From Eledone cirrhosa (lineage: Eukaryota), in NCBI GenBank assembly GCA_964016885.1, contig OZ024742.1, positions 221,402,001-221,466,000 of the forward strand: a stretch of 64,000 nt of DNA. Direction: 5' to 3'. Under the pieces are notes generated by a model. That model worked only from the letters and a program-made list of their open reading frames with translations. It did no database searches and was not told where the DNA came from. The translations under genes were made by a program, and so were the position numbers. This document shows, in pieces, positions 11,941 through 24,730 of this stretch; the stretch's first letter is position 1, and the number at the start of each line of letters is the position of its first letter.

Positions 11941-13429
11941 ATCAGAAATCTTCTCGTCCTGCCCCCACACTATACTTAGCTCTTTCTTTTTCTTCAGACC
12001 AGACACATAGCCCTGACCCCACTCTGTCCCGCACATGGCTTCCCTGCTGGCGAATAGGGTGCTCGTTAGTAACCCCGGCCGCATTGATACCTCGGCTCCC
12101 CGATTGCCGATGGGGAGTCTGGTGAGGAACAGTCAACCCTGTGTCCCTATTGCCAACCTGGAATTGGAGGCAGCATTATTGCTGGGCACCCTGCGGGCAG
12201 ACGATGCCTGCGGTGTGAGACATTGTGAGTGCCTGGACCCACGTTGACTGATCTGGGGAGGTGCCGTCGGAGATGTTTGTCAACAAATTCGGGAACTTGC
12301 CCAAGGAAACAGTAACAGAACACCCAATATGGCGGCCGCTCCCTGCCTATAACCAATCAAACCCCCCTCCTCCCCTAATAAACCCCCTCCCCACTCTCCC
12401 CCACTCACTTCTTTTGAGTTAGTTCTTCTTTATTATTAGTGGTTCTTTTTGAGTTAGTTCTTTATTAATAGTGATTTTTTTTTGTATATTACCACGGTTG
12501 ACTTAATGGGCTTGGAGAGTTGACTCCCTTGGTGTATGACCACTCGATAAGTTGGGGGTTGTGCCCCTTGAGCAGGGGTGTGTCTAGCTGGTCTACCTGC
12601 TGTCTGCTACTACCCGAGACTGGACACGGCCATAGCCACAGGCCAGCGCGTGCGCGATGGCATGGAATATATATTTTCTGCTAGTCACCCCGTGTAATAT
12701 GATACCCCAAGATTCCATGCATGAGATTCACCGAAGCATGCGCAGTCTTAACCGGGAGATGACATGCGAACTTGAAAATACCACAAGAGAGACCCTTTGG
12801 ATAGCGTAGACGCCGGACCATACCCGCAAATATATACAGACCTGTCTTGAATATGCATGGCTGACGCAATATGGATAACACGACCAACATCTAAGCTGGA
12901 ATCGACCCCTACAACAAGCAAAGAGGGGACAGCCCTTCACGTTTGACCAGTCACGTGTGTGCTTGGAGATCGTAGTATACCACCCCAGTCAAATCCACAC
13001 TGGTTTTTTTACCAATATAGCATGTAGACCAATACATCCTATGCAGCGAGACCTTGGATTTAGAACCGGCAGCGAGCAATCCCCGAAACTAAAAGATCGA
13101 ACGGACCACACCCAGCAACCACTAGCTATTTGATCCACAGGTACATTTCCCAGAGAGTCCACGCGGCTGATAGTGAATCCCAGTTGATTCGTGAACTCTG
13201 AACTTTTAAACAAGACCAAATGTGCCTGGAGCTATGCAGATGACTACATACGCATAATGGATATCGCGCCCACAAGGTCACCTGTATTGTTTATCCTGCT
13301 GTATGTGTGTAAAGTATCCGTGCGTGGGATATCCCTGAGTACATTTACTTGACTATCAATTGTTAATTGATTGTTTATTAATTAAGCAGGAGTATACCAT
13401 TATGTCTTTGTTAATCATATGTGAAATAG

Positions 13430-14814
13430 AAGAGGAAAAAGAAAGAAAGAAGGAGGAGAGAGAAAGAGACAGAGAGAGAGAGATATAGTTTTGATCGGGA
13501 ATGCTGTCCAAAAATGAATAACGGCTAAAAGAATATATATATAATAAAAATAAAAATAAATATAAAATTAAATAAATAAAAATATAAATTGATGAGGTGA
13601 ATGTGCTAATATAACGAATATTAGATGTCTAGAATATATAAACTGGGTATATTATTTAATATTGAGTTTGAATACTAAAAATTGGATTAAGAAGTGTAAA
13701 AATGTATTAATAAAATAAAATAAAATAAAATAAAATAAAATAAAATAAAGTAAAATTAAAATTAAAATTAAATTAAAATAATAATAATAATTATTAAAAA
13801 AGGGGTTTAAAAAAAAAAAAAGATAGACTAGAATAAAAAAGACTAGAATAAGAAATAAGAAATAAAAATAAGAATGGTCTATCTATGTCAAAATTATAAA
13901 TTACTAATAAAAATGTATATATGTGGGGTATAGTATTAGATTATTAGTTTAATATTTTATATCAACAAGTAAATAAAGGAAATAGCTAGAAAGGGTTAAA
14001 CGTAAAAAGACATATGACGTCATAGATTGTTTACAAAATCTACGAAGGTTTGAACGAAAAAATTAACGTCAATAGAGGCAAAGAAAAGGGGATTAATACA
14101 TTGTAGAATATAATGAAATAGTGAGAAAAAATGTGAAAAGATATGTGTAAAAAAAATTATATGTGTAAAAAAGATTAACCGTTATTCGTAGAATAAGTTA
14201 TAGAACATTATCTGTATACTTTGTGAAAGGTCTTAAAAGATTTATGAATACAGATAGCAAATAAGTCCATACGTCTATTTATTAAAGAGTTGAAATTCGA
14301 GATAATGGTAAATTTTTCAGCTAGACATAAATTACAGACCCTAGATATGGAAGCGTTGGAGTAAGGTAAAGCGTTGCAAATTTTACGCCAAGAGATTTCG
14401 TAATTAATGTTTTTGTCTTTTAAGGACCAAATAAGTTCTGAGAGTGCAGTGCTGGTCCCTTTAAGTAGATATTTAAATGTAGAAGAATGGTTATAGAGTC
14501 TTGCTTTAAAAGAAGTAGAAGTAGAGCCAATGTAGGTATAGGTATTGGTACAAGTTGTCACTTTACATTCATATATTAAGTTTTTATCGAGACAGAAATT
14601 ACTAAGAGGACAGTTAGTTCTAATAGGGCAGTTGCATTTACGATTAAGATTATTAACAGAGTTATTTACCAGTGACCCAGGATTATTTATAATAGGAACT
14701 GGAGGGGTGGAATTAGCTAAAGGAGGTTCTAAAGTTTCCTGGTTTACATTACTATTTGAAGCATTCCTCAAAGTTACGTTTGACGTCGTATTTATATTTA
14801 AGTTATTTTGCCTA
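13430..14814 (-). mobile_element. Inverted arm of a Penelope-like element (GIY-YIG endonuclease plus 3'UTR)
   Basis: Reverse complement of 15234-16800. The ORF contains CNCx5Cx5C, LIY..YIG, FKARLYNH and CNLCLAEK. Confidence 0.88.
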
Positions 14815-16412
14815 GATAACGCATTATTAAAGTAGTTGGCATTATCATCTATCCAGACAAAATTAAATACACTAAGGATACTAATCTTGGCAGAACTTAT
14901 AGTAATGTAGCTAGTTATAAGCATACCAGTAATATAAAGAGGAGACCTAGATATAAAAATATCCTTTGGTACAACGCTCCCTTCTCTTTTTCACTTATTA
15001 GTAATATCGATAAATTATTTTTTAGGGCTTTAGATAACAGCCCCCCCCCCCCCCCCTTTCACATATTTATAGCAAGATTTTCAATAAGCATACCATTAAT
15101 TCTCATATTCCACTACTTCCAACTTTTCAAAAATTATCTCTAGACATAATTCTAAAATATTAAATAATAACTCATATGCATCCAACCATGAGAGTCATAA
15201 TAATAGCACTCTAAGGCCCGACATCAATGTAAACTCTAGGCAAAATAACAAATATAAATACGACGTCAAACGTAACTTTGAGGAATGCTTCAAATAGTAA
15301 TGTAAACCAGGAAACTTTAGAACCTACTTTAGTGAATTCCACCACCCCAGTTCCTATTATAAATAATCCTGGGTCACTGGTAAATAACTCTGTTAATAAT
15401 CTTAATCGTAAATGCAACTGCCCTATTAGAACTAATTGTCCTCTTAGGAATTTCTGTCTCGATAAAAACTTAATATATGAATGTAAAATGATAACTTGTA
15501 CCAATACCTATACTTACATTGGCTCTACTTCTACTTCTTTTAAAGCAAGACTCTATAACCATTCTTCTACATTTAAATATCTACTTAAAGGGACCAGCAC
15601 TGCACTCTCAGAACTTATTTGGTCCTTAAAAGACAAAAACATTAATTACGAAATCTCTTGGCGTAAAATTTGCAACGCTTTACCTTACTCCAACGCTTCC
15701 ATATCTATTGTCTGTAATTTATGTCTAGCTGAAAAATTTACCATTATCTCGAATTTCAACTCTTTAATAAATAGACGTATGGACTTATTTGCTATCTGTA
15801 TTCATAAATCTTTTAAGACCTTTCACAAAGTATACAGATAATGTTCTATAACTTATTCTACGAATAACGGTTAATCTTTTTTACACATATAATTTTTTTT
15901 ACACATATCTTTTCACATTTTTTCTCACTATTTCATTATATTCTACAATGTATTAATCCCCCTTTCTTTGCATTATTAAGCCTTTCACCTTCTTTCTCTA
16001 TTGACGTTAATTTTTTCGTTCAAACCTTCGTAGATTTTGTAAACAATCTATGACGTCTATGTCTTTTTACGTTTAACCCTTTCTAGCTATTTCCTTTATT
16101 TACTTGTTGATATAAAATATTAAAATAATAATCTACTATACCCCACATATATACATTTTTAATAGTAATTTATAATTTTGCCATAGATGGACCATTCTTA
16201 TTTTTATTTCTTATTTTAGTCTTTTTTATTCTAGTCTATCTTATTTTATTTTATTTAAAAAAAAAAAAACTTTTTTTTAAATAATAATTATTATTATTAT
16301 TTTTAATTTAATTTTAATTTTATTTTACTCTATTTTATTTTATTTTATTTTATTAATACATTTTTACACTTCTTAATCCAATTTTTAGTATTCAAACTCA
16401 ATATTAAATAAT

Positions 16413-16590
16413 TGTTTCTACTTTAGGCACAAGGCCAGCAATTACCCAGTGCATTACTGGTACTTTATTTTATCGACCCCGTAAGGATGAAAGGCAAAGT
16501 CAACCTCGGCGGGATTTGAACTCAGATCGTAAAGGGACGTAACTATGCTAGAAAGCATGGCGTCCAACCCTCTACCGATACTGCCAATCC
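16413..16590 (-). mobile_element. tRNA-derived SINE (Meta-type core) with a 17-bp TSD
   Basis: A box tggcagtatcgg, B box gagttcaaatcc and core gcctttcatcc..ggggtcgataaaat. TSD actcaatattaaa(t/g)aat at 16396 and 16591. Absent from the inverted arm. Confidence 0.9.
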
Positions 16591-16910
16591 ACTCAATATT
16601 AAAGAATATACCCAGTTTATATATTCTAGACATCTAATATTCGTTATATTAGCACATTCACCTCATCAATTTATTTATTTATTTATTTATTTTTATTTTT
16701 ATTATATATATATTCTTTTAGCCGTTATTCATTTTTGGACAGCATTCCCGATCAAAACTATCTCTCTCTCTCTCTCTTTCTCTCTCCTCCTTTTTTTTTC
16801 CTCCTTTCCTTCATTTTTCCTATTTTTTCTCTTCTCTTATATTTTTGTCATATGTTGACTGGACACTTTCTTGTTCACAAGTGTTTTTAGGCCTCATATC
16901 ATGTTACCTT

Positions 16911-16978
16911 ATTTTATCTGATGAGAACACAATTTTTGTCCCAGGATGATGTTGTTTTCGAAATGCGCATAATAAAAT
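16911..16978 (+). ncRNA. Type I hammerhead ribozyme at the Penelope pLTR
   Basis: attttat CTGATGA gaacac...gttttc GAAA tgcgca TA ataaaat; palindromic stem III. Confidence 0.8.
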
Positions 16979-17159
16979 ATATGGAACTTTTTTAACCATC
17001 TTTTAATTTCTTCTTTATATATATAACTTTAATAATAATAACAGTGTTGTTATTATTTGGTATAGACTTGACCAGAGGGTTTAAAGCTCAATACTATAGG
17101 GTTCATGCAGAGCTGATATATATATAGAACAATAAATACCAAAGAGTCGATACGCTGTC

Positions 17160-17296
17160 AAACTAACATGTTTCAACCGATAGAGATTCATCCCGAGGAT
17201 GTGAGGTTATAAAATCAGAAATTTTAGAATTTTCTTAAGAAAGAATTTTTATCTAAAATTTCCTTATGATTTTATACTTTGGTATCATCAGAGTTT
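17160..17296 (-). ncRNA. Type I hammerhead with a ~110-nt structured stem II
   Basis: aaact CTGATGA tacc...(long hairpin)...ggtt GAAA catg TT agttt. Confidence 0.65.
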
Positions 17297-17493
17297 ATTC
17301 ACATAGGATATCAGCTTACATATAGATCAATAAATCAATAATAGAAATGGCAATAACATCAATATATATATATATATACACAAATAGTGATAAATGAATT
17401 TACAGAAGTCCTAAAGCAACCAGGTTTACTTCGTCAGAAGACAAGTACATTATACTAAAAGTGTGTTTCTTATTCTTTATGTATATATATATA

Positions 17494-18095
17494 TCATCAT
17501 CATCATCATTTAACGTCTATCTTCCACGCTACCATGGGTTTAAAGAGGAATTGTCCTACTTGAGGCAAGATTGGTCGGGTGACCATGTCTCGCTTGTATA
17601 GCAGGTTTTCTACGGCTGGATGCCCTTCCTAACACCAACCATGTTTACAGTGTGGACTGGGAGGTTTTTACCATGTTACCTACATGGTCACATTACAGCG
17701 TGGACTGTGTGTTTTTTTGACACCTACACGACCTCATTTATTTTGGACTGGATGTTGTGGTACCAACATAACTTTACAGAGAAAAGGTGGTGTTGGTGGG
17801 AGTAGGGGATAGTGGGATGGGGGTGTATGTTTGGTTAAGAGGTGCTTACTGACTGTAGGTTCCACTTTGTACATAGGTAAGGCGGGTCTTCTGTATTACC
17901 GCGTAGCGCCAAAGATCTTGGTCCAGTGACATTGTCTTAGAGAGGTGCAAGTTTGTAAGGTCGGAATTTATCAAATCAGCCACATATAAAATCTACGTTC
18001 TTAGATAGCTTACCTGTGATCCCACTACATCTTTTATGTACCCATAGTTTGCATTTGGGACATAAAATGGAATTTCTGCCTACTCCTTTCCTACA
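17494..18095 (-). mobile_element. RTE family B-like fragments (3' end joined to an internal PHD-coding piece)
   Basis: (ATC)n tail and 3'UTR; ~17985-18095 is the reverse complement of the CRKGVGRNSILCPKC region. Confidence 0.8.
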
Positions 18096-18115
18096 CACAC
18101 ACATATATATATATA

Positions 18116-18964
18116 CAAGGTGCGGACGATATTTGTTCGCAATTTTCAACTGCTAATTTTATGCAAATTTTTTTTACTTCCGTTGTCACTCTTGTCTTCA
18201 TAAAAACAGTGACTATATTTCCATTATTTATTTTCAGAATAATTGATTATGAATAATTTTGAACCTCCAAATTTGTGGAAGAGACATGGAGTTCTTCTTG
18301 GAATCCGTGCCGGGAAGACAAATAAGACCAGAAGATCAACTCCCAGAACAACAGGTGGCTCGCTGTCTCATCCAAAGACATGCCTAAAGTCATGCAGACA
18401 AAGTTTCCAGCAAGAACATTGGTCTTAGGTGTCGTCAGCAGTCAAGGTGACATCATGCCACCTCATTTCTTCCCTGAGGGCCTCAAGCTGAACACCGATG
18501 GCTACATCCGTGTTCTGAGCGAGGTAGTAAAGCCGTGGATCGACCAGGTAGCTGCAGGTAGGCTGTACGTGTGGCAGCAAGACTCAGCACCCTGCCATAC
18601 CAGCCGAAAGACCCAAGCCTGGCTGTCAGAGAACTTCGTCGACCACACTTCCCCTGACATCTGGCCTCCCAGCTCGCCTGACTGCAACCCCCTCGACTTC
18701 TTTGTGTGGGGTGCAGTGGAACGAGATACCAACAGATCTAGCTGCAATATGAAAGACGATCTGAAGGCCAGGATCACAAGTCGGGGAACAGTGATGAAGG
18801 CCTGTAGCCGGTTCCGAGACCGTCATCAAAGCCAATGGCGGGTTTATCGAGTGTGATCGAAAGAACAAGTCCTGAAGACAAACTGACCCAAGTTTGATAA
18901 ATAAAACTACTATGTTATTTTTTCTTAGACAGTAATCTTGCGAACAAATATCGTCCGCACCCTG
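18116..18964 (+). mobile_element. Internally deleted Tc1/mariner transposon, DD37D (maT) type
   Basis: ~27-bp TIRs (caaggtgcggacgatatttgttcgcaa / ttgcgaacaaatatcgtccgcaccctg) and TA TSDs. ORF 18380-18856 has WQQDSAPCH...SPDCNPLD with 37 aa between the Asp residues. Confidence 0.9.
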
Positions 18965-19224
18965 TACATACTGCAAGATCAATAATAATAAACAGTGAAA
19001 ACAAATATATATATATATATATAAGAAGCAAAGAAAATTTCAAAGATACGAAAGATTTCCCGGTGGAAGTTCAGGTGTACTCCGGGTTGGTATCCAGTTT
19101 TGAGGTGAAAATCCAATCAGATTGCAAGAAATGTCAACATGAATGGACCTGTTATTTTTATCTAAAGACATTTTTTCCAATTCCATCCCGCTAGTCCCCT
19201 CAATCTATCTTATTTCTCATTATT

Positions 19225-19260
19225 TCTTCTGAAGAAAGACTACCGCCCGAAATGTTAAGA
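19225..19260 (+). ncRNA. Minimal hammerhead motif (pLTR remnant, weak stem II)
   Basis: tctt CTGAAGA aagactaccgccc GAAA tgtt aaga. Decayed relatives lie at 25302-25337 (+) and ~47380-47415 (-). Confidence 0.45.
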
Positions 19261-19370
19261 CCCTCTTCCTGCTATATCAAGCGTTAACCTAATATATACC
19301 TTCCATATACTGTACCGATTGTGTTGTTATTTCTGTTTACCTTTTACACACACATATATATATATATATA

Positions 19371-19672
19371 CAGTGGAACCTTGGTTCATAAACTTACTTC
19401 CAGAAGCTGTTTGTCACCTGAAATGTTCAGAAACAAAAACTATTTTTCTCATATGAAATGTTGAGAAGGAAATAGAGTAAGAGAAAGACTGTGTGAAAGA
19501 CAGATAGATATCAACATAGTAACTAACTACACACCAAGTGATAATTTCCTGCTGACTTGCGTGTTTGTTACTCGAGACACCGTTCATGAACTGAGATGTT
19601 TTATGTTTGAAAAAATTGTTTGTAAACCAATTTGTTCATAATGAGAAGTGTTTGTGAACTGAGGTTCCACTG
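19371..19672. mobile_element. Tigger/pogo-like MITE
   Basis: TIRs cagtggaaccttggttcataaac / gtttgtgaactgaggttccactg, in TA-repeat context. Confidence 0.8.
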
Positions 19673-19676
19673 TGTA

Positions 19677-19761
<85 letters not shown>

Positions 19762-19762
<1 letters not shown>

Positions 19763-22723
19763 ACTGAGGAGGGCTTCAGAATCCTGGAATTCTGTGACGC
19801 AAATAGCCTAACTATCTGTAACACAAACTTCAAAAAAACGTGAAAACCACTTGATCACCTATAGATCAGGGGAACACGCCAGCCAGATAGATTATATCCT
19901 AACTAGGAGACGGGACAAAGTGTCTGTTGTAAACGCTAAATCCCTCCCCCGTGAAGAATGCACCTCCCAACATAGCCTCATAGTTAGTGACCTCAGTCAG
20001 AAATAGACGTACTCGACGACAGAAGAGGCCTACATTGAGGAGAAGAATATGGAAGTTGAAGGACCCCATAGCCAGTGACAAATTTAAAAGCTTATTACTT
20101 GATGCCTTTGACAAAAAGGAAGAGCAATTAGAGACGTGCGATATAGAGGAACAGTGGCAATTCTTGAAAGTGAACCTGCTGAAAGCAACAAATGAAATCT
20201 GTGGCTGGAGCAGACCTATTGGCAGGAGGAGAGTAACTTGGTGGTGGAACAGTAAGATGGAAGAGACAAGGCCAAAAAGCAGGCTTGGAAAGTATGGCAG
20301 GATGGGGGAAGTAGAGAGCACTATCAAGTGGCCAGGAGAGAAGCTAGGAGACAAGTGTACCTTGCAAAAAGGGAAGCAGAGGATAGAAAGTTCAAGCATG
20401 TTCTACAACGTGAGGACCAAAAACGTGAGGTGTTCAGGATTGCTAGACAATGTGTCAAGGTAAACCGTGATATTGTCCGGGAGAAGTGTGTCCGCAATGA
20501 TAACGGTGTACTTGCCCTCACTGATACTGATAAGAAGTTAGCCTGGAAGTGTCACTACGAGAGACTATTAAATGAGGAGAATAAATGGTAGTCTGCCCCA
20601 AATCGATCCAATAGAAGGACCAGCAGTGCAAGTTAAAGGTAGTATAATAAGTAAGGCAATCAAAGATATGAAGACAGGCAAGGCAGCTGGGCCTTCGGAG
20701 ATAGTTGCTTAGATGTTGAAGGCATCTGGTATGGTGGGACACACTATGGTCACCCGTATAGTTAACCAAGTAATATAGAATGGGGTCATACCGAAAGACT
20801 GGCGTAGCAGCATCATCATTAACTGCTACAAGGGTAAAGGGGATGCTCTAGATAGGGGAAACTATAGAGGCATTAAGTTAGTTGACCAGGTCATGAAGGT
20901 CACAGAAAGAGTTATAGCACAATTAATCAGAGAGCAAATTGATCTAGATGAAATGCAGTTTGGGTTTGTGTCAGGTAAAAGTATCACAGACGCTCTTTTC
21001 CTTGTACGTCAACTACAAGAGAAGTACCTAGCTAAAAGTAAACCCCTCTACTTAGCTTTTGTAGACCTGGAGAAAGCCTTTGACAGAGTCCCCCGCTCCA
21101 TTATCTGGTGGGCTCTTAGAAAACTAGGTGTAGATGAATGGCTTGTGAGAGCTATACAAGCTATGTATAATGAAACAGTCAGTAAGGCTAGAATTAACAA
21201 TGAATATTGTGAAGAATTTAGTGTAAAAGTTAGCATTCATCAAGGCACAGTCCTTAGCCCCATCCTCTTTATTATTGCCCTTCAGGCTATAACAGAGGAG
21301 TTCAAGACCGGCTGCCCATGGGAACTCCTATACGCAGATGATCAAACACTCATAGCTGAATCAATGACTGAACTAGAGAAGAAATTCCAAACATGGAAAA
21401 ATGGCCTAGAATCAAAAGGCCTTAAAGTTAACTTGTCTAAGACTAAAGTTCTAGTTTGTAGAAAGGAAAATAGGGCACAAGTGCCCTCAAGGAAATGGCC
21501 ATGCTCAGTGTGTAGGAAAGGAGTAGGCAGAAATTCCATTTTATGTCCCAAATGCAAAGTATGGGTACATAAAAGATGTAGTGGGATCACAGGTAAACTA
21601 TCTAAGAACGTAGACTTTATGTGGCCAATGCTCAGGTGCAATAAGTAGCAAGTGTCCACAGGATACTAGCTCCTTCTATTGCCCAGATGGTTCTATAGAA
21701 ATAGTAGACACTTTCCGTTACCTGGGTGACGAAATCAGCAGTGGTGGAGGGTGTTCTGAAAGTACAGTAGCCAGAGTCAGTACAGGATGGAAAAAGTTCA
21801 GAGAGATTATACCGCTGTTGGCCACAAAAGGTTTCTCTCTAAAAATGAAAGGTAGATTGTATGATGCCTGTATACGAACAGCAATGCTACATGGCAGTGA
21901 GACATGGGCATTGTGTGCAGAGGACCTGCGCAGACTGGAAAGGAACGAAGCATGCATGCTCCGTTGGATGTGTAATAGTAATATACGTGAACAGCAAAGC
22001 ATAAATGAACTAAGTGAGAAATTAGGAATAAGAGGGATCAGATGCTGTTTACTTGAGAGAAGACTACGTTGGTATGGTCATGTGATGCGCATGAAAGACG
22101 ACAGCTGCATAAAAAAAGTGCAAGGCGATCAAAATTGATGGTAGTTACGGAGTAGGTAGACCCAGAAAAACCTGGGACGATCTGATAAATTCCGACCTTA
22201 CACACTTGCACTTCTTTAAGACAATGTCACTGGACCGAGATCTTTGGCGCTACACAGTAATACAGAAGACCCGCCTTGCCTATGTACAAAGCGAAACCTA
22301 CAGTCAGTAGGCACCTCCTAACCAAATATACACCCCAATCCACTACCCCTACCCTATCCTCCCACTCCCACCAACACCACCCTTTCTCTGTAAAGTTGGT
22401 ACCACAACATCCAGTCCAAATAAATGAAATAATGAGATCGAGATCGTGTAGGTGTCACGACAAAAAAAACAAAAAAAAAGACAAAAGAAAACATACAGTC
22501 CACGCTGTAAAGTAGGTAACACGGTAAAAAGTTCCCAGTTCCACACTGTAAATGTGGTTGATGTTAGGAAGGGAATCCAGCCATAGACAGCCTGCCAGAT
22601 AGTCCTATATGAGCGAGACACGGTCACCCGACCAACCTTGCCTCAAGTGGCACAACTCCCGTCTAACCCATGCTAGCGTGGAAGATGGATGTTAAACGAT
22701 GATGATGATGATGATGATGATGA
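19762..22723 (+). mobile_element. Degenerate 5'-truncated RTE (older B subfamily)
   Basis: Fragmented ORFs 19987-22138 with RT, PHD and RLRWYGHV; 3'UTR and (GAT)n tail. Confidence 0.92.
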
Positions 22724-22729
22724 TATATA

Positions 22730-22930
22730 ATGATATTAAATAAATGGAAACTATATTTATAAAACCATATTTATTCTATTGTATATATTTCAAGGATACC
22801 AAAAAGTTTGGTACGCTTTCATCAGATAAAATACAAAGAGTGTTTTGTAAATTTTGACATAGCCAAGGAAAACATACCTTATCAGTTGAATATTCCTTCC
22901 AAGGAATATTCAACTGATAAGGTATGTTTT

Positions 22931-22933
<3 letters not shown>
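22730..22933 (-). mobile_element. Penelope pLTR fragment with a decayed hammerhead and a terminal perfect hairpin
   Basis: Hammerhead at 22772-22833 has the cleavage UA changed to CA. Palindrome aggaaaacataccttatcagttgaatattcctt/aaggaatattcaactgataaggtatgttttcct. Confidence 0.7.
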
Positions 22934-22977
<44 letters not shown>

Positions 22978-23224
22978 AGATTAGCACAATAAGGACAAAA
23001 ATATAAAACATGGAGACAACACGGAAAACAATGCACCCCTCTTCAGCTATAGGTTATGTAACAATCTGGTTTCGATGTATATGGTGGTACCGGCGGCCCT
23101 TTAACTGTATCAATAGCTTACAACGCTCTAGCTATTAGTGAATAGAAAACATAAGAAACAAATATAGAAAATATCTGTGCCTTTTGATAAAATGGGAGCA
23201 GCAAAACGAACCTTAAACAATAAT

Positions 23225-23750
23225 GATTTCTACTAAAGCCACAAGGCCAGCAATTTGGGGAGATGGGAAAGTAGATTCAACCCCAGTGCATTATTTTATC
23301 AATCTCGTAAGGATGAAAGGCAAAGCTAACCTTGGTGGGATTTGAACTCAGACCGTAAAGGGCCGTAACTCTATGCTGAAAAGCATGGTGCCGACGCTCT
23401 ACTGGTACTGCCAATCTACTTCAGTTATGAATGACCTTGAGATTTGCACCTAGAAAGTTTCCCCCCAAGGCACAAATCTGTGCAAGGTTGTTTATGGAAG
23501 ATCAGTAGTCGCCCATGCATACCAGTCTCCCTTCTCCACACCATCGATATTGTTGAAGGGAAAAGCAATGATTGATAGAACTTGGCACCAGTGACATTGC
23601 ACCAGTGACATTCTACAGCTGAGTAAACTGGAGTAATGTGAAATGAAGTGTCTTGCTCAAGGACACAACATATCACTCAATCCGAGAATCAAACTCATAA
23701 CCTCATGACTGCAAGCCCCAAATTCTAACAACTAAGCCATGTACCTTCAC
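23225..23750 (-). mobile_element. Two adjacent tRNA-derived SINEs (Meta-type ~23225-23420; CORE-type ~23425-23750)
   Basis: Similar to 16413-16590 and to 29376-29720 respectively. Confidence 0.75.
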
Positions 23751-23947
23751 ATGATAATGGTATATATGTGTGTTAATTTCCTTACATGGCAATCAAGATT
23801 TTAACCCAATCATCATCTGAGAGTATAACTTTACAGAAAACCCCTAGGATGTTTCTTATTAGCTACTGGTCTTCTAACCCCTAGAATCACAACAGGTAAA
23901 GCAAGCTAATAGTATTTTCAATAGCAGCAACTCTTTTATGCTTTTCT

Positions 23948-24134
23948 CCCAGTCCACACTGTAAATGTGGTTGGTGTTAGGAAGGGCATCCAGCCGTAGA
24001 AAACCTGCCAGATAGTCCTATACGAGCGAGACACGGTCACCCGACCAATCTTGCCTCAAGTGGGACAACTCCCGTCTAACCCATGCTAGCGTGGAAGATG
24101 GATGTTAAACGATGATGATGATGATGATGATGAT
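23948..24134 (+). mobile_element. RTE 3' UTR fragment
   Basis: Nearly identical to 22533-22723; (GAT)n tail. Confidence 0.8.
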
Positions 24135-24296
24135 ATTGACTTTTAACTTGTAAAGAATTCTACTCTAATTTCTTGTATTCCTGGTTCCCAAAATATGAAC
24201 ACATATTGTCATCATCATCATCATTTCCTATATTGGCATGGGTTGGATAGGTTGTCACACAAACCTAGCTTGCACTTAATTCAAGCCAGTGATATA

Positions 24297-24344
<48 letters not shown>

Positions 24345-24487
24345 CACACATGCACACAGCTCTATCTCTCTGTCTCAGATATTTATACAAATTTCTGCAC
24401 AAGGAAATTAAGATTTTTAACTTGTAACTTGAAAGTAAACCAAAAAGATCTTTCTCACTGACTTACAGTCTTCTAACCTTCAAAACA

Positions 24488-24524
<37 letters not shown>

Positions 24525-24559
24525 GTGTTAATATTTTCAACAGCAGCACTTTCTTGTGG

Positions 24560-24730
24560 ACAATCCTTGGGATGATTTGATAAATTCCGACCTTACACAC
24601 TTACACCTCTCCAAGACAATGTCACTGGACCGAGATCTTTGGCGCTACACAGTAATACAGAAGACCCGCCTTGCCTATGTACAAAGCAAAACCTACAGTC
24701 AGCAGGCACCTCTTAACCAAAAATACAAGA
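24560..24730 (+). mobile_element. RTE ORF C-terminal fragment
   Basis: Encodes WDDLINSDLTHLHLSKTMSLDRDLWRY. Confidence 0.75.

Larger units (their letters stand above)
14815..17040 (+). mobile_element. 5'-truncated Penelope-like element (thumb, linker, GIY-YIG EN and pLTR), Naiad-like
   Basis: Frameshifted thumb (KNILWYNAP..KIFNKHT..SYST..IISRHNSKIL), EN ORF 15278-15841, AT-rich UTR and a terminal hammerhead. Confidence 0.88.

Noticed and set aside
13230-13250. YADD tetrapeptide in the cryptic frame
   Set aside because: No other RT motifs surround it; probably chance.
14815-14924. N-terminus of ORF 14208-14924 as a real protein start
   Set aside because: It is antisense read-through across the inversion junction into the plus-strand Penelope copy.
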